Assembly: GCF_039654945.1 (NCBI RefSeq)
Contig: NW_027361829.1
Span: 71,114,001 to 71,178,000 of the forward strand
Reading direction: 5' to 3'
Origin: Dendrobates tinctorius
Lineage: Eukaryota
Length of the DNA: 64,000 nt
A program made the position numbers and the translations under genes. A model generated the notes under the pieces. That model was not told where the DNA came from. It made no database searches and saw nothing but the letters and a program-made list of their open reading frames with translations. The stretch's first letter is position 1. The number at the start of each line of letters is the position of its first letter. This document shows, piece after piece, positions 62,759-64,000 of this stretch.

Positions 62759-64000
62759 TTTTAACTCCCTCCTCCGCCCACCACTGCCTCCTCCAACCTC
62801 CCTCATCTCTGCCGAGGACTTTGCCACACACTTCAAAAACAAGATTGACCAAACAAGGCAAGTATTCATCACTCAACCACCACAACCCCTTTGTATACCA
62901 GACCAATGCCCAAACCCCATAACCTCACTCTCCAACATCACTGAAGGGGAACTTAATCGCCTCTTCTCCAAATCGCACCTCACAACCTGTACACTTGACC
63001 CCATCCCATCCCACCTCCTCCCCAACCTCACCACCACACTTATCCCATCCCTAACCCACCTCTTCAACCTATCACTAACGTCCGGTACCTTCCCTTCTGC
63101 TTTCAAGCATGCCACAATCACGCCTATTCTTAAAAAGCCAACCCTCGACCCAACCGCTATGTCCAGCTATCGCCCAATATCGTTGCTCCCATTCGCTTCC
63201 AAACTCCTGGAACAGCATGTCCACGCTGAACTTTCCTCCCACCTATCATCTAACTCGCTCTTTGACAATCTACAATCTGGTTTCCGCCCCCATCACTCCA
63301 CTGAGACAGCCCTGACCAAAATTACTAACGACCTACTTACAGCCAAATCAAATTGACAATACTCTATACTCCTGCTTCTAGACCTGTCCGCTGCATTTGA
63401 CACAGTTGACCACTGCCTCCTACTACAGATCCTCTCCTTCGGCATCAAAGGCCTTGCCCTATCCTGGATCTCCTCATACCTTTCCAACCGCACATTCAGC
63501 GTCTCCCACTCCCACACCACCTCCTCATCCCACCCTCTCTCTGTTGGAGTCCCCCAAGGCTCTGTTTTAGGACCCCTACTCTTCTAAATCTATTCACTTG
63601 GTCTGGGGCAACTCATAAAGTCCCACGGATTCCACTACCACCTTTATGCTGATGACACTCAGATCTACCTCTCTGGCCCAGATGTCACTTCTCTGCTGTC
63701 CAGAATCCCAGAGTGTCTATCAGCCATATCCTCCTTCTTCTCCTCTCGCTTCCTCAAACTCAATGTAGACAAATCTGAACTCATCATCTTTCCTCCATCT
63801 CACAGATCTTCTTTACCCGACCTAACTATAACAATTAATGACATCACACTTTCCCCAGTACCAGAAGTCCGCTGCCTCGGAGTAACCTTTGACTCTGCCC
63901 TGTCCCTCCAACCGCACATCCAAGCTCTTTCTACCTCCTGTCGCCTGCAGCTCAAAAATATTTCCAGAATCCGTCCTTTCCTCAACCCTCAATCTACTAA
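62759..64000 (+). mobile_element. L2-clade LINE RT fragment (5' truncated, contains stops), runs off the right edge
   Basis: [69 protein letters not shown]. Confidence 0.94.

Overview
Repeat-dominated vertebrate DNA, most likely from a frog (inferred from the T2/Kolobok- and Harbinger-type MITEs, V-SINEs, CR1, L2, DIRS1 and chromoviral Gypsy content). It is probably intronic or intergenic: there is one candidate host micro-exon (40211-40262) and no complete host gene. Main contents, in order: (1) a 55-bp minisatellite with a 755-bp higher-order duplication, abutting a hAT-MITE end; (2) a near full-length Neptune-type Penelope-like element (RT + GIY-YIG, minus strand) with hammerhead-ribozyme pLTRs and a retained intron, flanked by a ~1.3-1.5 kb direct duplication that looks like a giant target-site duplication; (3) three further hammerhead-bearing PLE-type modules, one with a 5' inversion and 19-bp TSD, two sitting at deletion breakpoints of other elements; (4) a chromodomain Gypsy element with a Tf1/sushi-type self-priming signature; (5) a DIRS1 tyrosine-recombinase element with ITRs and ICR, split by a CR1; (6) an intact DD36E Tc1 element; (7) a decayed DD34E Tc1 cut by an L2; (8) a Helitron carrying tandem arrays, solo LTRs and many MITEs. 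Most short ORFs in the track are repeat artefacts. All coordinates were read by eye and may be off by a few bases.
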